A stretch of 64,000 bases of DNA from Nitrospirales bacterium (GCA_965223295.1 CBDCWC010000002.1:512001-576000), one strand, 5' to 3'. Counted from the stretch's first letter, positions 38,673 to 49,868 are shown. Made by a program: numbers and translations. The notes: generated from the letters alone by a model not told the origin.

Positions 38673-40082
38673 ATGACCCCGAAAGAAGTATTGGATTTTG
38701 CCAAAAAGAACAAGGTAGAAATGGTTGACCTGAAATTTATTGATTTGGTTGGAACATGGCAGCATTTTTCAATACCAACCTCAGAATTATCCTTGGACTT
38801 ATTTAAAGAAGGGTCCGGTTTTGATGGTTCATCAATTCGTGGATGGAAGGCGATTCAAAACAGCGACATGTTGATGGTGCCGGATCCAAATACCGCTCGT
38901 TTGGATCCCTTTACGGAGATTCCCACGCTCAGTATGGTTGGAAATGTTCAAGATCCCATCACCCGTACGATTTATGAACGCGATCCCCGCGGCGTGGCTA
39001 TGCGAGCCGAGCAATATCTTAAGAGCACCAAGATTGGTGATACTTCCTACTGGGGGCCTGAAGCTGAATTTTTTATTTTTGACCATGTGAGTTTTGAACA
39101 AAATAGCCATTCCGGTTATTACTTTGTGGATTCGGAAGAAGGTATTTGGAATTCAGGAAAGGATGGAGAAAATTTGGGGTCTCGACCTCGGCACAAGGAA
39201 GGGTATTTTCCTGTTTCCCCCGTGGATTCCCAGCAAGATATTCGTTCAGAAATGTGCCGAGAAATGGAAAAGGCGGGTATTCGAGTTGAAAAACATCATC
39301 ATGAAGTGGCCACGGCGGGTCAAGGGGAAATTGATCTCCGCTTCGATACGCTCCTCAAAATGGCGGATCAGATGATGATGTATAAATACATTGTCCGCAA
39401 TGTGGCTCGTCGTCATGGGAAAACAGCCACGTTTATGCCGAAACCCGTTTTCGGAGACAATGGCACAGGCATGCATACTCACCAAAGCATTTGGAAAGGA
39501 GGTAAGCCAAATTTTGCTGGAAAAGATTATGCCGGTGTGTCACAACAATGCTTGTATTACATTGGTGGGATTCTCAAGCATGGTCCAGCCTTAGCCGCGT
39601 TAACGAATCCAACAACAAATTCCTATAAACGGTTAGTGCCAGGGTTTGAAGCTCCCGTGATGCTGGCCTATTCCAGCCGTAACCGTTCAGCGGGGATTCG
39701 AATTCCGATGTACTCCCCAAGCCCCAAAGCCAAGCGGATCGAAGTGCGATTCCCCGATCCTTCTTGTAATATGTATTTGGCGTTTAGCGCGATGTTAATG
39801 GCAGGGTTGGATGGCATTCAAAATAAAATTCATCCGGGTGAAGCCATGGATAAGAATCTTTACGATTTAGAGCCTGAAGAATTAGGCAATATTCAAACCT
39901 TGCCGTCGAATTTAGAAGATGCTTTAGATAACCTTGCCAATGACTATGAATTTCTCTTGAAGGGTGGAGTCTTCAGTGAAGATTTAGTTGAGGCGTGGAT
40001 TACCTATAAACGAGACAATGAAGTGGATCCCATGCGTCTCCGTCCGCATCCCCATGAATTCTTCATGTATTACGACGTGTAA
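38673..40082 (+). CDS. glnA: glutamine synthetase type I (adenylylatable)
   Basis: [34 protein letters not shown], adenylylation site NLYDL. Confidence 0.98.
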   Translation: MTPKEVLDFAKKNKVEMVDLKFIDLVGTWQHFSIPTSELSLDLFKEGSGFDGSSIRGWKAIQNSDMLMVPDPNTARLDPFTEIPTLSMVGNVQDPITRTIYERDPRGVAMRAEQYLKSTKIGDTSYWGPEAEFFIFDHVSFEQNSHSGYYFVDSEEGIWNSGKDGENLGSRPRHKEGYFPVSPVDSQQDIRSEMCREMEKAGIRVEKHHHEVATAGQGEIDLRFDTLLKMADQMMMYKYIVRNVARRHGKTATFMPKPVFGDNGTGMHTHQSIWKGGKPNFAGKDYAGVSQQCLYYIGGILKHGPALAALTNPTTNSYKRLVPGFEAPVMLAYSSRNRSAGIRIPMYSPSPKAKRIEVRFPDPSCNMYLAFSAMLMAGLDGIQNKIHPGEAMDKNLYDLEPEELGNIQTLPSNLEDALDNLANDYEFLLKGGVFSEDLVEAWITYKRDNEVDPMRLRPHPHEFFMYYDV

Positions 40083-40168
40083 ATTACAGTAAAGAGTGAG
40101 GAGTAAGGGGGTTAGGAGAAATTCTGAGTTCCTTTCTCCTCCTCTGCTTCCTTTCTCCTCTTTATTTC

Positions 40169-42424
40169 TCACTGTTGACTTGAGAATCGCCAAAGAAACC
40201 GTTCATGAATCTGCTTCATTCGTGAATGCGTCGTTTTTTCAAACGCTTCCGCACTTTTTTGCCAGTCTCTTGACGTCATGCCCAAACGGCGAGCCAAGAA
40301 TACCATTTCATCAGATCCCGAAGGAGGCAGCACTAAGTCTTTGGCATGTCCCCGCACAATTCGCAAGCCATCAATGAGTTGCCGAAGAAAGATATAGTCA
40401 TCATGTAACGTTTCTCTCTCTGATAATGTGAGAATGGATTCGTGACAAAGTTGTTCAATGGCTTCTAGTGTATTGGGTGTTCGAATTGAAGGATGAGCAT
40501 GGCCATGTATCAGTTGGAGATATTGAACGGTATACTCCACATCGATGAGCCCGCCAGGGCTGTACTTGACATTCGTCGCACCAGGTTGAACTAATTCGGT
40601 TATTTGGCGTTGACGCAGATTGAGCGCAAGACCTAAATCCCACGGGTCTGGCCCATACACGAACTGATTTCTATGGGTTTCAACAGCTTTTCCGACGCGA
40701 GAGTTTCCAGCAATGAAACGAAGCTTGATGAAGGCTTGCCGTTCAAATGGGGCGGCCCCTCCCTGACTGCGATAATACTGTTGAATTTCTTCTACGGTGT
40801 TGGCCAATGTGCCTTTGTCACCATTCGGACGAAGCCGGGTATCGATATGAAAAATACCTTCCTGTTTGGCTTCGATCCATTGCAGAAATTCTTGTGCCCA
40901 TCGTTCAAAAGTATCGGCGGACATTCGAACAATGTTCCGTTTCTCAGTGCGTTGAGGATTGGCGTAGACAAATAAAATTTCAATATCTGACGCATACCCC
41001 AGTTCGCCTCCACCTAATTTCCCTAACCCAAAGATCGCCATGGGAATCGAAGAGGTCCGTGAGGCTTTAGGCTGAATCACTCGATATGATTGTTCGAGTG
41101 CATGATTCAGGATGACATCAGCCAAATTTGTTAAGGCCTGGGAAAAATCGTGAAGAGAACTATTTTCTAAAAGGTGCCGCATATCGATACGAAAAAGTTC
41201 TTCATCTTTCACTTGATTTAAACGCTGCTTTCTTTGCGCAATGGTTTTTGCCGGCAGCAAAGCTTTTTCGAGACTTTTGCTTAAAGTCGTTTTTGAGCGA
41301 ACCAACGATCCTTTTTGATACCGCTGCATCATAGGCAATAGGTTGTCATGCTGACGGCGTAGTAAGTCTTCCCACAGATAGTCGCTGCTTCCAAACAGTT
41401 GAGCCAGGTTTCCCATAGTGGATCCTTTACTCAAAATGGCAAGGGTAGCCCCCTTTTTCGGTTGCTCTAATAATTGATCGAGAAATTGATCAAAATGATC
41501 CAGAGCTTTTCCGGGGTCAGGAGCCCAACTTAAATAATGCGTGAATTCTTTTAATAAGACGGCAGCCGTTCGTAGTTCTTGTTGTTCCTGTTTACGTAAA
41601 ATTCTTCTTCCATGGCGGTCGTGAATGTAGAGACGATTCAAGACTTGTGTGCCTTTGACTTCAATTTTTGCTTTCACCAAGTAAATGCCTCGCATGGCCA
41701 AGGCATTTGCAAATGTATATAAAAAGGCAGGCGTATCAGTTGAGCGAATATCCAAAATAGTATTCGGAGAAGATGCACTGTTCGAAAAGGTAAGATGAAC
41801 GGGATGGAGTAAATCAACGGTTTTTCTTTTTCCTTTTTCCATATGTTCAATGAGTCGGCGGTTAACAGAACGACGAGCCTGGCGTACCTGATTCTTCTGT
41901 AACAAGAGGAGAAGAGAGACCAACATCTGTTGGAAGTCTTGTTGAACAGATCTCTCAAATGGAGAATCTTTTTTCGCTTGGACTTCAAAGACGTCGACTG
42001 CGATTTTCCGAGATAATCGTCCTGATGACCGTCGTACAGGGAGGGATTTCCAGGCCTGCAAGGTTTTTGATCTGTGAATGGGTACAGGTGGTGCGGCAGA
42101 GGTTGGAGTAGAGGTAAAAATGGCTGCCTCTCGTATGTCCAGCCCAAACGAGGCAAGTATGCCGCAGAGAGTGGCAAACTCAGAAAAATAATCGTAGGCG
42201 ACGATGTGAATATGATAGCGCCGCGATGGAAGTGTGTTGATGGTCAACGCACAAGTTTGTTCGAACGTGAGTTGATGGACCATGTTTGCATGTTGGCTTA
42301 TGACCTCAGAAGAAAATTGCTCTAAATAATCTTGGTCCATTTGCGTGATATAGTCTTGGAGAAAAGAGGAGGGTAAATGAGGAGACAGTTGTTCGAGGCG
42401 TTCAATGAGGACAGAGGAATTCAT
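40169..42424 (-). CDS. glnE: GlnD-type ACT-ACT module fused to a GlnE adenylyltransferase-like domain
   Basis: ACT1 IVAYDYFSEFATLCG..IREAAIFT; ACT2 IRSTDTPAFLY..; GKLGGGELGYASDIE, IDTRLRPNG, VKYSPGGLIDVEYTVQ. Confidence 0.85.
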   Translation of the reverse strand: MNSSVLIERLEQLSPHLPSSFLQDYITQMDQDYLEQFSSEVISQHANMVHQLTFEQTCALTINTLPSRRYHIHIVAYDYFSEFATLCGILASFGLDIREAAIFTSTPTSAAPPVPIHRSKTLQAWKSLPVRRSSGRLSRKIAVDVFEVQAKKDSPFERSVQQDFQQMLVSLLLLLQKNQVRQARRSVNRRLIEHMEKGKRKTVDLLHPVHLTFSNSASSPNTILDIRSTDTPAFLYTFANALAMRGIYLVKAKIEVKGTQVLNRLYIHDRHGRRILRKQEQQELRTAAVLLKEFTHYLSWAPDPGKALDHFDQFLDQLLEQPKKGATLAILSKGSTMGNLAQLFGSSDYLWEDLLRRQHDNLLPMMQRYQKGSLVRSKTTLSKSLEKALLPAKTIAQRKQRLNQVKDEELFRIDMRHLLENSSLHDFSQALTNLADVILNHALEQSYRVIQPKASRTSSIPMAIFGLGKLGGGELGYASDIEILFVYANPQRTEKRNIVRMSADTFERWAQEFLQWIEAKQEGIFHIDTRLRPNGDKGTLANTVEEIQQYYRSQGGAAPFERQAFIKLRFIAGNSRVGKAVETHRNQFVYGPDPWDLGLALNLRQRQITELVQPGATNVKYSPGGLIDVEYTVQYLQLIHGHAHPSIRTPNTLEAIEQLCHESILTLSERETLHDDYIFLRQLIDGLRIVRGHAKDLVLPPSGSDEMVFLARRLGMTSRDWQKSAEAFEKTTHSRMKQIHERFLWRFSSQQ

Positions 42425-42431
42425 GATGCGA

Positions 42432-42482
42432 AGTATACTGAAAAAAATTGTCGTTGTAAGGTCTAAAAGAGTCTCGTATAAT
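42432..42482. promoter_or_regulatory. overlapping divergent sigma70 promoters between the two glnE half-genes
   Basis: Plus: TTGTAA(42454)-N17-TATAAT(42477). Minus: CTTACA(42460-42455)-N17-TATACT(42437-42432). Confidence 0.6.
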
Positions 42483-42493
42483 CTGCTTTCTTC

Positions 42494-44137
42494 ATGAAAT
42501 CCTCATCGACTCGGCACATCTCAAAACACACCAGTAAAAAGGTAAAAACGCAGGTCATTTTTCCTGATCCAACTCCAATCCTCCTGGCCTCTGATCTTGC
42601 TCCACAAAAGGTCGCACAGTTGCTACAAGCTTTCGGGATTCAGGATTGGAAACGGGCCGATTTGAATCTTCAAGCGATGGCCGGCGAACCGAATACACGC
42701 AAGATCTTAGCAGATTTTCTTCCTTCTCTTTTGGCGACCGTGGCGAAGACCGCTGACCCTGATCAAGCTTTGAATGAATGGGAACGGTATGTGGATTCTG
42801 GCATTCACCGCCTCCAATTGTTTCAGTATTTGATAGCGGTCCCTCATCTTGTTGAGGTGTTAGGGACGGTGTTTGGCAACAGTCAAGCGATGGCACAGAC
42901 GCTCATCCGAGATCCACTCTTAGTGTATTGGATTGAAGATGACCGAGTCTTAGTCCGACGGCAAACACGATCAAATTTGTCAGGGTCGATACAAACGGTA
43001 CTGGCAGGAGTGAAGAGCTTTGAGGGTAAATGCGAAGCCTTGAGACGATTCAAACGACGGGCAATGCTTCGCCTTGGCATTCGTGATCTGCTTGGTATTG
43101 CTACTCCCATTGAAACGTATACAGCACTATCGGATGTAGCCGCAGGGGTGATTCAGGCCGCGTATGAACTTGTGGAGCAAGAGCTCCAGCGGCAGCATGG
43201 GGACTGGGGGGAGCAAACCCCTATGAAAAGGAAAAAACGAATAGGTTTTTCTGTGCTGGCCATGGGAAAACTTGGTGGGTGGGAATTAAATTATAGTTCA
43301 GATGTTGATCTGATTTATGTCTATCAGGCTCCAGAAAGCAATACGAACGCAGGAATAGGGCAGCGGTCTCTCTTAGGTTCAGATTATTTTCATGCTGTAG
43401 CCAGAGAACTGACGAATGTGTTGTCTGCTTCAACGGCCGAGGGAGCTTTGTTTCGAGTAGATATGCGTTTGCGTCCGGAAGGGCAGGTCGGGGCATTAGC
43501 CTGTTCGGTAGAAGATGCCTGTCATTATTATCAAACACGGGGGCGAACTTGGGAACGTTTAGCATTCTTAAAGGCCAAGCCTATTGCAGGGGATATTCGA
43601 ATAGGGCAATCACTCATCCGAAAATTGGGAAAATTTGTGTATGGAGGCCCTGACACCGCTCCTCAGGTCTTCTCAGAGATTCGTGTTCTTCGTTCTCAAA
43701 TGGTGTCCAAAATGACTCGTAAAGGAGAGCTGCAACGCAATGTAAAGTTAGGCACGGGCGGTATTCGGGAAATTGAGTTTATCGTGCAAAGTCTTCAGTT
43801 GCGGTGGGGCTATCGGTATAGCAGTATTCGTGACAGGCAAACGCTCAAAAGTTTATTGAAGTTGGTGAAGGTTGGAAAACTGAAAACGGAGGTCTTTCAG
43901 CAATTGAAGGAGTCTTATATATTTTTGCGAAATCTTGAGACAAAAATTCAAATGGTTCACGAGATTCAAACGCACTTGTTACCTGCGAAAATTGAAGAGA
44001 TCGCTAAATGTGCCATTCGAGTGGGCTACCCCAAAGAAGATAACGTCAAACAGACCGCTGAGCATTTACTGATAGATTACCGTGGGCATACCCTAAGAGT
44101 TCACCAGCTTTACCGACAAATTGTCAAAGCGTCTTAG
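42494..44137 (+). CDS. glnE: stand-alone GlnE N-terminal (adenylyl-removase-like) domain protein
   Basis: LRRFKRR, AMGKLGGWELNYSSDVDLIY, FRVDMRLRPEG, WERLAFLKA, VKLGTGGIREIEFIVQ. Confidence 0.85.
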   Translation: MKSSSTRHISKHTSKKVKTQVIFPDPTPILLASDLAPQKVAQLLQAFGIQDWKRADLNLQAMAGEPNTRKILADFLPSLLATVAKTADPDQALNEWERYVDSGIHRLQLFQYLIAVPHLVEVLGTVFGNSQAMAQTLIRDPLLVYWIEDDRVLVRRQTRSNLSGSIQTVLAGVKSFEGKCEALRRFKRRAMLRLGIRDLLGIATPIETYTALSDVAAGVIQAAYELVEQELQRQHGDWGEQTPMKRKKRIGFSVLAMGKLGGWELNYSSDVDLIYVYQAPESNTNAGIGQRSLLGSDYFHAVARELTNVLSASTAEGALFRVDMRLRPEGQVGALACSVEDACHYYQTRGRTWERLAFLKAKPIAGDIRIGQSLIRKLGKFVYGGPDTAPQVFSEIRVLRSQMVSKMTRKGELQRNVKLGTGGIREIEFIVQSLQLRWGYRYSSIRDRQTLKSLLKLVKVGKLKTEVFQQLKESYIFLRNLETKIQMVHEIQTHLLPAKIEEIAKCAIRVGYPKEDNVKQTAEHLLIDYRGHTLRVHQLYRQIVKAS

Positions 44138-44375
44138 ACCGATTCATTCGCAATTACATATTGGGGTCGTTTTAAGTGCGCTGTACTCAACGACAGCTTT
44201 CGACCTATAGCGGACACAATTAGGAGTAATAAAAGTGCGCCGATCCCGCTGTATTCCGATTGTTCTAGCATCTGTTGCCTCTCGTTTGTGGTTCTTCTCA
44301 TCAGTTGATTTCGCTTTAGAAAGTTCTCATCGTAGCTAATGAACAGCAAATCCTTGAATCTGCCGATGAGGAGGC

Positions 44376-44753
44376 ATGTATTGGAAGGGATATAGCTGGA
44401 GCCTATTGGGTATTCTTAGCGTTCTCATGGCGATTTGCTTCGACCGTTCACCTGAGCATATTTTCACCTGGCTCAACGGGTTAATGGCCTTGCTGTGGAT
44501 CTTTGGACTTTGCGGAATCTTTGCATTTGCTTATGGGATTGAACTATCCACTTCGTCTTTCTGGAAATATATCTTTTGGGGGTTTATGGTCCGTGAGGGT
44601 ATTGTGACGTGGTTATGTTCCACTCCTGATGTGTGGAATACATGGAACACTGGAATATTCTTTGTGGAAACAATCCTGTCGTTAATGATGTTTTTCCCTT
44701 TGTATTTAGCACTGTATAAGATGGCCTACGCGAATGACCACGATGGTCAATAA
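44376..44753 (+). CDS. hypothetical integral membrane protein (4 TM)
   Basis: GAGGAGG upstream; four hydrophobic segments. Confidence 0.6.
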   Translation: MYWKGYSWSLLGILSVLMAICFDRSPEHIFTWLNGLMALLWIFGLCGIFAFAYGIELSTSSFWKYIFWGFMVREGIVTWLCSTPDVWNTWNTGIFFVETILSLMMFFPLYLALYKMAYANDHDGQ

Positions 44754-44774
44754 TCCGAAGAATGATAGTGTGGA

Positions 44775-45014
44775 ATGTGTGGAGCCACTGGGGTGAGGAA
44801 GCGCAGCATTAACATCCCATTGTTAGCCTTCAGTCTCCTTATGATTGGAGCTGATATTTATGCCGTGAACATCGAAGAGTTGACGCTTTACTCCAGTAGA
44901 CCCTATGCCACCCAATGGTGGACGATTGCCAATCCTTATAAAGACATATTGGGATGGATCTTGCTCTTAGTAGGTAGCTATTTTTGCTATCGTTCAGTAT
45001 ATAAAATTAACTAA
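44775..45014 (+). CDS. hypothetical small membrane protein (2 TM)
   Basis: Two hydrophobic segments; may be a fragment. Confidence 0.4.
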   Translation: MCGATGVRKRSINIPLLAFSLLMIGADIYAVNIEELTLYSSRPYATQWWTIANPYKDILGWILLLVGSYFCYRSVYKIN

Positions 45015-45234
45015 GGGTATTGGGGCAATATGTCTACCGTTCCACCGAAGGCATTCTGCGCAATGAGATTACAAAATTACGCGCGAAGCTCGAAAGTGCG
45101 AATGTGAATAGCAATATGCTTACCATGGAAGTGAAGCCTTAAAGGGGAGTAAGCCGTCTACTCAACATTTTCGAGACTTCCCCTTTCGATCCAAAGAGTG
45201 ACTTTCACATGGGAGTTCGATTTGCGAATATAGT

Positions 45235-45495
45235 GTGATGAGGCTTCGCGGAAAAATCGAAATCGTTGCCGCTGTCGGTTTGTTGCTCGTAGCTCTCGAC
45301 GGATATCTATGGGTCATTTCGTCGTCTCACTTAGCACACCAATTCTGCCAGGGTGATTTTTCATTGTTTCATGAGCACTTTCGCTGCCGACAGCCTTACC
45401 TCGGGCTGGTACTGAGTATTGCTGCATGTCTACCATCCTTCGTGCTGTTCGTAATTGGCTGGCGACATTTGAAGTTGGCGAGAAGAAACGGATGA
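45235..45495 (+). CDS. hypothetical small membrane protein (2 TM, periplasmic Cys pair)
   Basis: TM-loop(FC..RC)-TM with basic tail. Confidence 0.5.
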   Translation: MMRLRGKIEIVAAVGLLLVALDGYLWVISSSHLAHQFCQGDFSLFHEHFRCRQPYLGLVLSIAACLPSFVLFVIGWRHLKLARRNG

Positions 45496-45843
45496 ATGAC
45501 TACTTCTGGTCGATGCCGGACATTTGGACTGCACCAAAAGGTTCCCTTTTATATTCTCGGTTTTAACCCAACCCTCACTTTCTGGCCGAGCATTAGCTGC
45601 CTTTTCCTCATCGTTGAGCCCAATGAACGTCCTTCCAATTTCCGTCCGACCAATCCTCTGCTGGAAGATTTTGAATATTTGTGTTTGATCATATAGGTAA
45701 AAATTTTAAACAAGGACTTGAAATCTATAAAAAAATGGTTATCTCGGTGGTAGATCATAAGAAGGGAAGATTGAGATGTCCATCGAGTGATTGAAGAAGT
45801 TTTGTGAATAAAAAAAGACGAAAATAAAGAAAGAGGTGCTCCA

Positions 45844-48444
45844 ATGAATCCTAATGAAATGACGATAAAGCTCCAAGAAGCCTTACAAACCGCCTCGGGG
45901 TTGGCGATGCGGCGGAATCATCAGGGCATCGACGTTGAACATTTGTTGGTTGCCTTATTGGAGCAAGCTGATGGTTCGACCATACCGATTCTTGAGCAGG
46001 CAGGAGTCTCTCCAAAATCTGTCGGTAATGCAGCAGAACAAGCCCTTCAAAAAATTCCTCAAGTTCAGGTCAGTGGCTCGGCGCCTGGTCAAGTCCATTT
46101 GACGCCCAGACTCGGCAACGTTTTGAGCCAGGCCGAAAAAGAAATGAAGGAGCTTAAAGATGAATACCTCAGCGTAGAACACATCTTGTTGGCTATGGTT
46201 GAAGAAGGCGGTGTATTTAAAGCCTTAGGGCTCAAGCGGGAAAAACTATTAGCGGGTCTTCAGCATGTGCGAGGCAATCAACGCGTAACAAGTCAAGACC
46301 CTGAAGGCACCTACCAATCTTTAGAGAAGTATGGACGAGATCTTACGCGATTGGCCAGTCAAGGGAAGTTGGATCCTGTCATTGGCCGTGATGAAGAAAT
46401 TCGTCGAGTGATTCAAATCTTGTCCCGGCGTACCAAGAATAATCCAGTCTTAATCGGTGAACCTGGCGTAGGGAAGACGGCGATTGTTGAAGGTTTGGCC
46501 CAGCGAATTATCAAAGGTGATGTTCCTGAGGGCCTGAAACAAAAACGTGTCGTGGTCTTGGATATGGGAGCTTTGGTAGCAGGTGCAAAGTTTCGAGGAG
46601 AATTTGAAGAACGTTTGAAAGCCGTGCTGAAGGAAGTGCAAGCTTCGCAAGGCCAAGTGTTACTCTTTATTGATGAATTGCATACCGTGGTCGGAGCTGG
46701 TGCAGCGGAAGGAGCCATGGATGCTGCTAACCTTTTAAAGCCCATGCTCGCTCGTGGCGAAATGCATTTAATTGGGGCGACTACTTTAGATGAATACCGT
46801 AAGCATATTGAAAAAGACGCGGCGTTGGAGCGGAGGTTTCAGCCGGTTGTGGTCGATCAACCTTCGGTAGAAGACACCATTTCAATTTTACGGGGCTTGA
46901 GAGAGCGCTATGAAGTGCATCACGGGGTACGTATCAAGGATTCGGCGTTGGTCGCCGCGGCCAGGTTGTCTCATCGATATATCAGTGACCGATTTTTGCC
47001 AGATAAGGCCATCGATTTGATTGATGAATCGGCGGCTCGATTAAGAACGGAGATCGATAGCATGCCAGCTGAGATGGATGAGATCTCCCGAAAAGTGTTG
47101 CAGCTAGAAATTGAACGAGAAGCCTTAAAAAAGGAAACAGATTCTGGAAGCCAGACGCGTTTAGCGAATTTAGAACAAGAACTCGATAGTAAACAACAGA
47201 CCTTGGCTGACCTGAAGGCTCAATGGGATGCTGAGAAATCTTCAGTCGGCAAACTACAAGAGTTGCGGCAGTCCATTGAAGAAATAAAGCAGAGCATTGA
47301 ACAGGCTGAACGAAACTATGACCTCAACAAAGTAGCAGAATTGCGGTATGGAGAATTGCCGCGTTTAGAAAAGGAAATGCAGGAAGAGGAAGAGCGCCTG
47401 ACCAATAAAAATCAGGAAAATCGCTTGTTGAAAGAGGAAGTCGACGAAGAAGATATTGCCGAAGTCGTGAGTCGTTGGACAGGTATTCCGATGAATCGTC
47501 TGATGCAGGGGGAGATAGAAAAGCTCCTTCATTTAGACGACCATTTACATCAACGTGTCGTAGGTCAAGACGAAGCCGTCCGAGCTGTGGCGGATGCCGT
47601 ATTACGCGCCAGATCTGGCATAAAAGACCCGAATCGCCCCATTGGCTCCTTTTTATTCCTAGGTCCGACTGGAGTAGGGAAGACGGAGTTGGCGCGTTCG
47701 CTTGCCCATACACTTTTTGATGATGAATCTAATTTGGTGCGGATCGACATGTCCGAATATATGGAAAAACATACGGTGGCCAGATTGATCGGCGCACCTC
47801 CAGGGTATGTGGGCTATGAAGAAGGCGGCCAGTTGACCGAAGCCGTTCGACGGAAACCCTTCTCAGTCATTTTGTTTGATGAAATCGAGAAAGCGCATAA
47901 TGATGTATTTAATGTGCTACTTCAAGTTTTGGATGATGGGCGTTTGACAGATTCTCAAGGACGAACAGTGGACTTTAAAAATACCGTGCTCATCATGACA
48001 TCTAATTTAGGCAGTCAAGAGATTTTGGAAGCGCAGCAGCGTGATATGGATTATGAAGGAATCCGCGCAGTGGTGCTTCGAGAAATCCAACAACATTTCC
48101 GCCCGGAATTCTTAAATCGAGTTGACGAAGTCGTCGTCTTCCATCCCTTGACACAGAAAGAGTTGGGACCAATCGTAGAAATTCAATTAGAGCGATTACG
48201 ATCTCGTTTGGCAGATCGGCAGATGACCTTAGAGCTGACTCCGGCAGCGGTCGCAGAATTGGCCGAGCGAGGATATGACTCGGTCTATGGTGCCAGACCC
48301 TTGAAACGGTTGATCCAACAGGAGATCGAGACGCCCCTGTCGCGCCTGATTATTCAAGGCAAAGTTGTGGATGGTCAAACCATCATAGGCGATCTCATCG
48401 ATAGCAAGTTTGTGCTGCACGCCAAAGAGACCACTGAAACATAA
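45844..48444 (+). CDS. clpB: ATP-dependent chaperone ClpB
   Basis: [21 protein letters not shown]-domain coiled coil, [23 protein letters not shown]. Confidence 0.97.
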   Translation: MNPNEMTIKLQEALQTASGLAMRRNHQGIDVEHLLVALLEQADGSTIPILEQAGVSPKSVGNAAEQALQKIPQVQVSGSAPGQVHLTPRLGNVLSQAEKEMKELKDEYLSVEHILLAMVEEGGVFKALGLKREKLLAGLQHVRGNQRVTSQDPEGTYQSLEKYGRDLTRLASQGKLDPVIGRDEEIRRVIQILSRRTKNNPVLIGEPGVGKTAIVEGLAQRIIKGDVPEGLKQKRVVVLDMGALVAGAKFRGEFEERLKAVLKEVQASQGQVLLFIDELHTVVGAGAAEGAMDAANLLKPMLARGEMHLIGATTLDEYRKHIEKDAALERRFQPVVVDQPSVEDTISILRGLRERYEVHHGVRIKDSALVAAARLSHRYISDRFLPDKAIDLIDESAARLRTEIDSMPAEMDEISRKVLQLEIEREALKKETDSGSQTRLANLEQELDSKQQTLADLKAQWDAEKSSVGKLQELRQSIEEIKQSIEQAERNYDLNKVAELRYGELPRLEKEMQEEEERLTNKNQENRLLKEEVDEEDIAEVVSRWTGIPMNRLMQGEIEKLLHLDDHLHQRVVGQDEAVRAVADAVLRARSGIKDPNRPIGSFLFLGPTGVGKTELARSLAHTLFDDESNLVRIDMSEYMEKHTVARLIGAPPGYVGYEEGGQLTEAVRRKPFSVILFDEIEKAHNDVFNVLLQVLDDGRLTDSQGRTVDFKNTVLIMTSNLGSQEILEAQQRDMDYEGIRAVVLREIQQHFRPEFLNRVDEVVVFHPLTQKELGPIVEIQLERLRSRLADRQMTLELTPAAVAELAERGYDSVYGARPLKRLIQQEIETPLSRLIIQGKVVDGQTIIGDLIDSKFVLHAKETTET

Positions 48445-48445
48445 A

Positions 48446-48613
48446 ACCTTAACGATTTCAGGCTCAGCGTCAGTAGAAGCTTATCAAGCCGCCTTACGGT
48501 CACTGACATATGAAAATCGTTCACCGGCACCGACCGTCGCTCCGCGTGTGATCACGGTCCTGACTTCCGACGGCATGCTCACGAGCCAACCGTTCACGAC
48601 AAGAGTCATGATT
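48446..48613 (+). pseudogene. relic fragment of a large adhesin repeat domain
   Basis: TLTISGSASVEAYQAALRSLTYENRSPAPTVAPRVITVLTSDG; no start codon or RBS. Confidence 0.55.
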
Positions 48614-48764
48614 GAAGGATTTCATGCTACCCAACAGATTGTGAAAAATACAGGATTTTTGTTGATACAGTTCTACGAAGTTGATAGAAGACTCAACCTT
48701 GCAAGCTTCCCTTTCTTCGAGAGAAGTTCCTTCTTTAACAAAGGAGGAGGGGAAGATGGGAAGC

Positions 48765-49868
48765 TTAATTAACAGCTTGGAGAGTGATGGTAACAGTGCG
48801 TTTTTTGTTATTACGGCGAAGCCCAACTTTGATTCTGTCACCAACATTGTGACGATCCAATATAGTCGCGAGATCGTCGAAATTGTTCACTGGAGCGCCA
48901 TCTATTGAAACAATGATGTCTCCTAATCGAATTCTTCCAGAGCGAAGTTCTTCGAGACTTTTCAAGCCTGCTTTTTCTGCCACGCTGCCCGGTAGGACAC
49001 GGGCGATGATGATTCCTTTGACTCCCCAACGATTGGCAATGGAGTCTGGTATGAGAGAAATGCCCAGGCCGGGTCGAATGACTTTTCCATATTGAATGAG
49101 TTGCGGCACGATGCGCTTGACGATGCCGACAGGTACCGCAAAGCCAATTCCTGCAAAAGCTCCGCTAGGACTCATAATTTGGGTGTTGACGCCAATCAGT
49201 TTTCCCGAACTATTGAGGAGTGGGCCACCGGAATTGCCGGGATTGATTGCAGCATCGGTTTGAATCGCACCTTCAATAGTACGATTGTTTACCGATTTAA
49301 TAGAGCGGCCTAGGGCACTAACCACTCCTGTGGTTAGAGTATGATCCAGCCCAAATGGATTCCCTATGGCTAAAACTTGTTGGCCCACGAGCAGATCGAT
49401 TGAGTTACCAATGTCGAGGGGTGTGAGTTGATTTTTAGGAACCTTGATCTGTAAGACCGCTAAATCGTGATCGGGATCTGCGCCAATGACTCGAGCGGCA
49501 TGTGTGGATTGATCGTCTAGAATGACTTGAATAGAATCGGCCCCATAGACAACATGATAATTTGTGACAATGTGCCCTCGAGTGTTCCAAATAAATCCAG
49601 AACCAGAACCTTGAGGTACTTCAAATGTATTTAAAGACCAGAAATCCCTTCGAAGGGCGGTGTTGGTAATATACACAACCGACTTTGCGGCTTTTTCAAA
49701 GACGGCAATCGTATTGCGTTCTTCGGTGCTCAGCGATTGATTGGCAGCCAAGTGCACAACGGAGGAAAGCTCTTTATCCAGTATTGAAGGTGTTTTAGCA
49801 TTGGCGGGGAAGCATATAAATCCCATAAAGAGGATAAGAATATAACATTGGGGAGTTGGAGTATTCAT
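48765..49868 (-). CDS. htrA: HtrA/DegP-family serine protease (trypsin + PDZ)
   Basis: GSGSGF, TNYHVV, DLAVL, QTDAAINPGNSGG, single PDZ. Confidence 0.9.
   Translation of the reverse strand: MNTPTPQCYILILFMGFICFPANAKTPSILDKELSSVVHLAANQSLSTEERNTIAVFEKAAKSVVYITNTALRRDFWSLNTFEVPQGSGSGFIWNTRGHIVTNYHVVYGADSIQVILDDQSTHAARVIGADPDHDLAVLQIKVPKNQLTPLDIGNSIDLLVGQQVLAIGNPFGLDHTLTTGVVSALGRSIKSVNNRTIEGAIQTDAAINPGNSGGPLLNSSGKLIGVNTQIMSPSGAFAGIGFAVPVGIVKRIVPQLIQYGKVIRPGLGISLIPDSIANRWGVKGIIIARVLPGSVAEKAGLKSLEELRSGRIRLGDIIVSIDGAPVNNFDDLATILDRHNVGDRIKVGLRRNNKKRTVTITLQAVN

Noticed and set aside
48410-48772. 120-aa ORF as an intact gene
   Set aside because: It starts inside clpB with no RBS; only the middle looks like an adhesin relic and the end runs into a palindrome.
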